This document shows positions 60,781 to 64,000 of a stretch of 64,000 nucleotides of DNA, in pieces. This stretch comes from Spironucleus salmonicida. Taxonomy: Eukaryota. The notes below the pieces were generated by a model. The model was not told the DNA's origin. It was given only the letters and a program-made list of their open reading frames with translations, and made no database searches. A program made the translations under genes and the position numbers. The stretch lies in the NCBI RefSeq assembly GCF_000497125.1, contig NC_090599.1, positions 124,001 through 188,000 of the forward strand. Reading direction: 5' to 3'. Within the stretch, counting starts at the first letter, position 1. Each line of letters begins with the position of its first letter.

Positions 60781-60999
60781 TCACTCGGAAACGAGACCTC
60801 TCTTCTTTCTGATGATGAAAGAGTTAGGTGTAAGCTGCTTGCCATTATCCATGAGATCATTGGAGAGGAAGAATTTTTTATACTTCTTATTGAGGAGAGC
60901 ACGACCACGAACGGAACGGGCTTTAGGTTGTTTTTCAACCTTAGGGGTTTGTTTACGAACCTTACCAGCGCTAGAAAGACCACCGTGTGCACGAGCCAT
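60781..60999 (-). CDS. RPS30: 40S ribosomal protein S30 (no ubiquitin-like fusion)
   Basis: HGGLSSAGKVRKQTPKVEKQ...GRA...PNS. Confidence 0.95.
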   Translation of the reverse strand: MARAHGGLSSAGKVRKQTPKVEKQPKARSVRGRALLNKKYKKFFLSNDLMDNGKQLTPNSFIIRKKRGLVSE

Positions 61000-61002
61000 C
61001 AG

Positions 61003-61015
61003 CGTGGAGTGGAAA
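61003..61015 (-). promoter_or_regulatory. Pre-ATG element TTTCCACTCCACG (RPS30)
   Basis: 13-mer shared with RPL27 and RPS3a, 3 nt before the ATG. Confidence 0.8.
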
Positions 61016-61098
61016 CAGTACTTAAAATTCTAATGAAATATACAATTTAATATGATGAATAATCAAGTTATTTCTTTAAAATTTCCTTCCATCGGTGA

Positions 61099-61443
61099 AT
61101 GTCCTAGTTCTAAAAACAATTTGAAGACCTTCAGGCTTAATATGTAAAATTATAAGAATAAAAATCTAAATTGATTGAATTAAAGTACGAGAACGAAATG
61201 GTTTTGAAAGATTTTGAAACTTTAAATGAAAAAACAAATATTTTTTAGATGGTTGGCCCAGCTATGGTGCCTAAGCCTTTAGATGAGGCATAAAAAAATA
61301 TTACTGAAAAAGTATCCTTTATTGTAAAGTAGTTAGCTTCTTTAGAGGAGTAAATGAGTAAATTGGAGAAAGAAATAATTGATATCAACAAGAAGAGAAT
61401 TGCGTATGCTTAACAGTAAGCTGAGTAACAAGAAAAGAAATGA
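61099..61443 (+). CDS. Prefoldin beta subunit (PFDN6-like)
   Basis: ENEMVLKDFETL...IFQMVGPAMV...EAQKNITEKVSFI. Confidence 0.85.
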
Positions 61444-62035
61444 TGCATTTTATTCTTTTAATTTTTAAATAATTTATATATCTATCATTGATATTTCTTG
61501 AATAGATCGTCTGTTTTACTTTTAATAATAATAAATTACAATGAGGCCTCATAAATTATTACAAAAATAATTTCTATATAGATAAAATTAACAATTACTG
61601 TGATTTTATAGTAATTAGTCTTCTTATTATCATCTTATAATACAACATTTAAATCATTTTTACAAGCCAATAATAATTTATTATAATATAACATATATTA
61701 TAATGAATGCAAAATTCAAGATATAATACATGATATAAAGTTTTCATGATTTACACTATTTTTCACATATTAAAATAGTTTATTAATACTAGAATTAAAA
61801 TTTACTATGCCTAAAACTATAATTAGGAGAATCAACTCTAAAACGATAAATGTCAACTAACCTGATTAAAATAAATATTATAGAGAAAATACAAGTAAAG
61901 CAAATAATAGCAACCTTAATATGAGGCATTTAAGATATTAAATAGCATCCCCTACTATAAACTTTGGAGTAACATGTACAATTCATGATGGATGGTTAAT
62001 ATCTCCATTTTTATTTCCATTCCTATTTAAAAAAA

Positions 62036-63562
62036 ATGAATTTTATTCCCACAACAGCACTACCAGAGAGTACAAAGAAACTAGTTTATGTCCCACCATC
62101 ACATGAAAAGAAGTAAAAAGATTCAGAGAATCAAGCATGCTATCCACTTTCTGAAGAATTACTTTTTAAATAATCAAATACAGTAAAACCACCACAGCAG
62201 CAGGAGGTGTTTGTTACATCATCAGTTAATGATTAAATAGCCCCTTTAAAAACAATGGAATAATTTTTCGCGGTAATTCCTCCTTAAATTATTTTGAACA
62301 TTAAAAAACTTTAATATATCAGTCCATCTGCGATTCAGCAATATACTATTCCAATAGCTATTACTGGATCAGATATTCTAGCAACATCATAAACTGGGAC
62401 TGGTAAATCTGCAGCATTCCTCATACCGTCTCTTTCTTAAATTTTGACTGAAAATCTTAAGAAATTGACAAAGTCACCTTAAGAACATAAGTCTAATTAT
62501 TCGGCAGTTGCAAAACCCTTTATCATTATTTTGTCGCCAACCCGTGAACTAGCTTTACAAAATTTTAAGGCCTCTTGCTAATTTTCTTTTAAAACAGGGA
62601 TTTTGACGCGTGTTTGCTACGGAGGAGAAGGCTTAAAAGAGCAGCAAATAGCACTTAAAAGAGGATGTGATGTGTTAATTGGCACACCAGGACGTCTTAA
62701 AGACTACATGAAATAAAAACTAATAGATTTTTCCTATATGAAAACTTTTATTTTAGACGAAGCTGACACAATGATCAATATGGGCTTCATCAATGACATC
62801 AAGTTCATAAGGCAAGAAATTATTGAATAAACCTACTAACGGTCAAAATCCCAGCTGCAAACACTCATGTTTTCTGCCACATTTCCAAACTCAGTTAAGC
62901 AAATAGCGAACGCATTTCTCAATTCTCCGTATTATATTCGCGTAGGGGATATTTTTTCTTGTGCGAAAAACGTCAAATAAATTATCTTGAAGCCGCAGGA
63001 CTTTAAGAAGCAGCTCTTCCTCAAATTTCTACTCCTCCAAAAGGGCGGGGCGTTGGTCTTCTGCAACACCAAAGCCACAGTAGCGAAATTAACGAAATTT
63101 TTGATTACTGAAATTCAGCAGAAAACGCTGCGCCAAATCCCCCAAATTCAGGCGGACGAGTTCGCCAAAATCACAGATTTTGACTTTTGCGAAACCGAAA
63201 TTTTACCGCAAAACGTGCAGTCGCTCAGCGGCGATAACACGCAGCAGGAGCGCAACGAAGCGATCGCAAACTTCTCCAACGACGCGCTGAAAATGCTCAT
63301 TTGTACGGACGTGGCGCAGCGCGGAATCGACCTGCCGAACGTCCAGTTCGTCGTGAACTACGAGATGCCGGACACATTCGAGGAGTACCAGCACCGCATC
63401 GGCCGGACCGGCCGCGCCGGAAAGGCGGGCACCGCTATCAGCTTCGTGGGCGAATTCGACAGCAAGGAGATGCTGAAGGGGGTCGCCGGGAACCTTGTCC
63501 GGAGCGAGAACGAGGTCCCAGCGTGGCTGTAGAGCATTTTCGAAAGAAAACGGCGCAAGTGA
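62036..63562 (+). CDS. DDX3/Ded1-like DEAD-box RNA helicase, paralog without RGG termini
   Basis: [37 protein letters not shown]; ends AAGTGA. Confidence 0.92.
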
Positions 63563-63576
63563 GCAATTTATAGAAA

Positions 63577-64000
63577 TCAGTCCTTCAAAAACGAGTAGTA
63601 ACTAGCCTCCTCTTCGACCTCCTCCTTCTTGATGTCTGCGAGTATCTTCTCGCCAGAGCTTTTGAGCGTTTGGATGCGCGCCTCCAGCAGCTAAATTGCC
63701 GATTTAATGAAGTTTTTGTCGCTATCTAGGAAGGCATCCGAGTAACCTAGCTGCAGGTAGAGTAGCGATTCTTTGAGCGATTAAGACTGCGCTTAGAGGA
63801 CGACTAGAACATTGTTGATGCTGATGTTCAGATCTGCATTGTTGACTGTGGGTTCTTTGTTGCCGGCGAGATTAGGCAGTATCATTGGTAGTTTCATACC
63901 TATCTTGGGGGTCGTGCCCGAGGTTGGCCTTCTAGTTGAAAGGCGACCTGTATTGGGGAATTACTGCGTCTTTATTTTCTTGTTATTCTAAATAATAACC
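63577..64000 (-). CDS. Hypothetical protein, 5' end beyond the window
   Basis: Open frame ending ...DIKKEEVEEEASYYSFLKD-TGA. Confidence 0.6.

Noticed and set aside
61807-62106. ORF upstream of the second helicase, possible frameshifted N-terminus
   Set aside because: It is out of frame, and the helicase has its own ATG at 62036 with a typical pyrimidine-rich leader.

Overview
Gene-dense, AT-rich eukaryotic nuclear DNA with no introns detected. It uses the non-standard code TAA/TAG=Gln with TGA as the only stop, so the supplied standard-code ORF track is fragmented and partly antisense. The code, the very short intergenic gaps, the AGTGA motif on stop codons and the C-rich pre-ATG elements point to a hexamitid diplomonad (Spironucleus/Hexamita-like); this is inference. 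Hand translation gives about 55 CDS, mostly housekeeping: RPL22, RPL27, RPS3a, RPS30, RPN11, proteasome alpha5, RAD50, 14-3-3, GAR1, NOT4, ERK7-like and MOK-like kinases, a P4-ATPase, two DDX3-like helicases, CTF8 and prefoldin. Notable items: (1) a very recent amplification giving three near-identical BiP genes, as a 3534-bp tandem unit bounded by 189-bp NOT4-derived direct repeats plus a dispersed 2185-bp copy; (2) a conserved TTTCCACTCC(ACG) element just upstream of all four ribosomal protein ATGs; (3) an in-register homeodomain gene with Tyr50 near a Brinker-type HTH gene; (4) a candidate two-hairpin ncRNA at about 59.2-59.3 kb; (5) RAD50 with no zinc hook and a BRE1-like protein with a degenerate RING; (6) GC-rich patches that cut across genes. 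All calls come from manual translation and motif recognition; no database searches were run.
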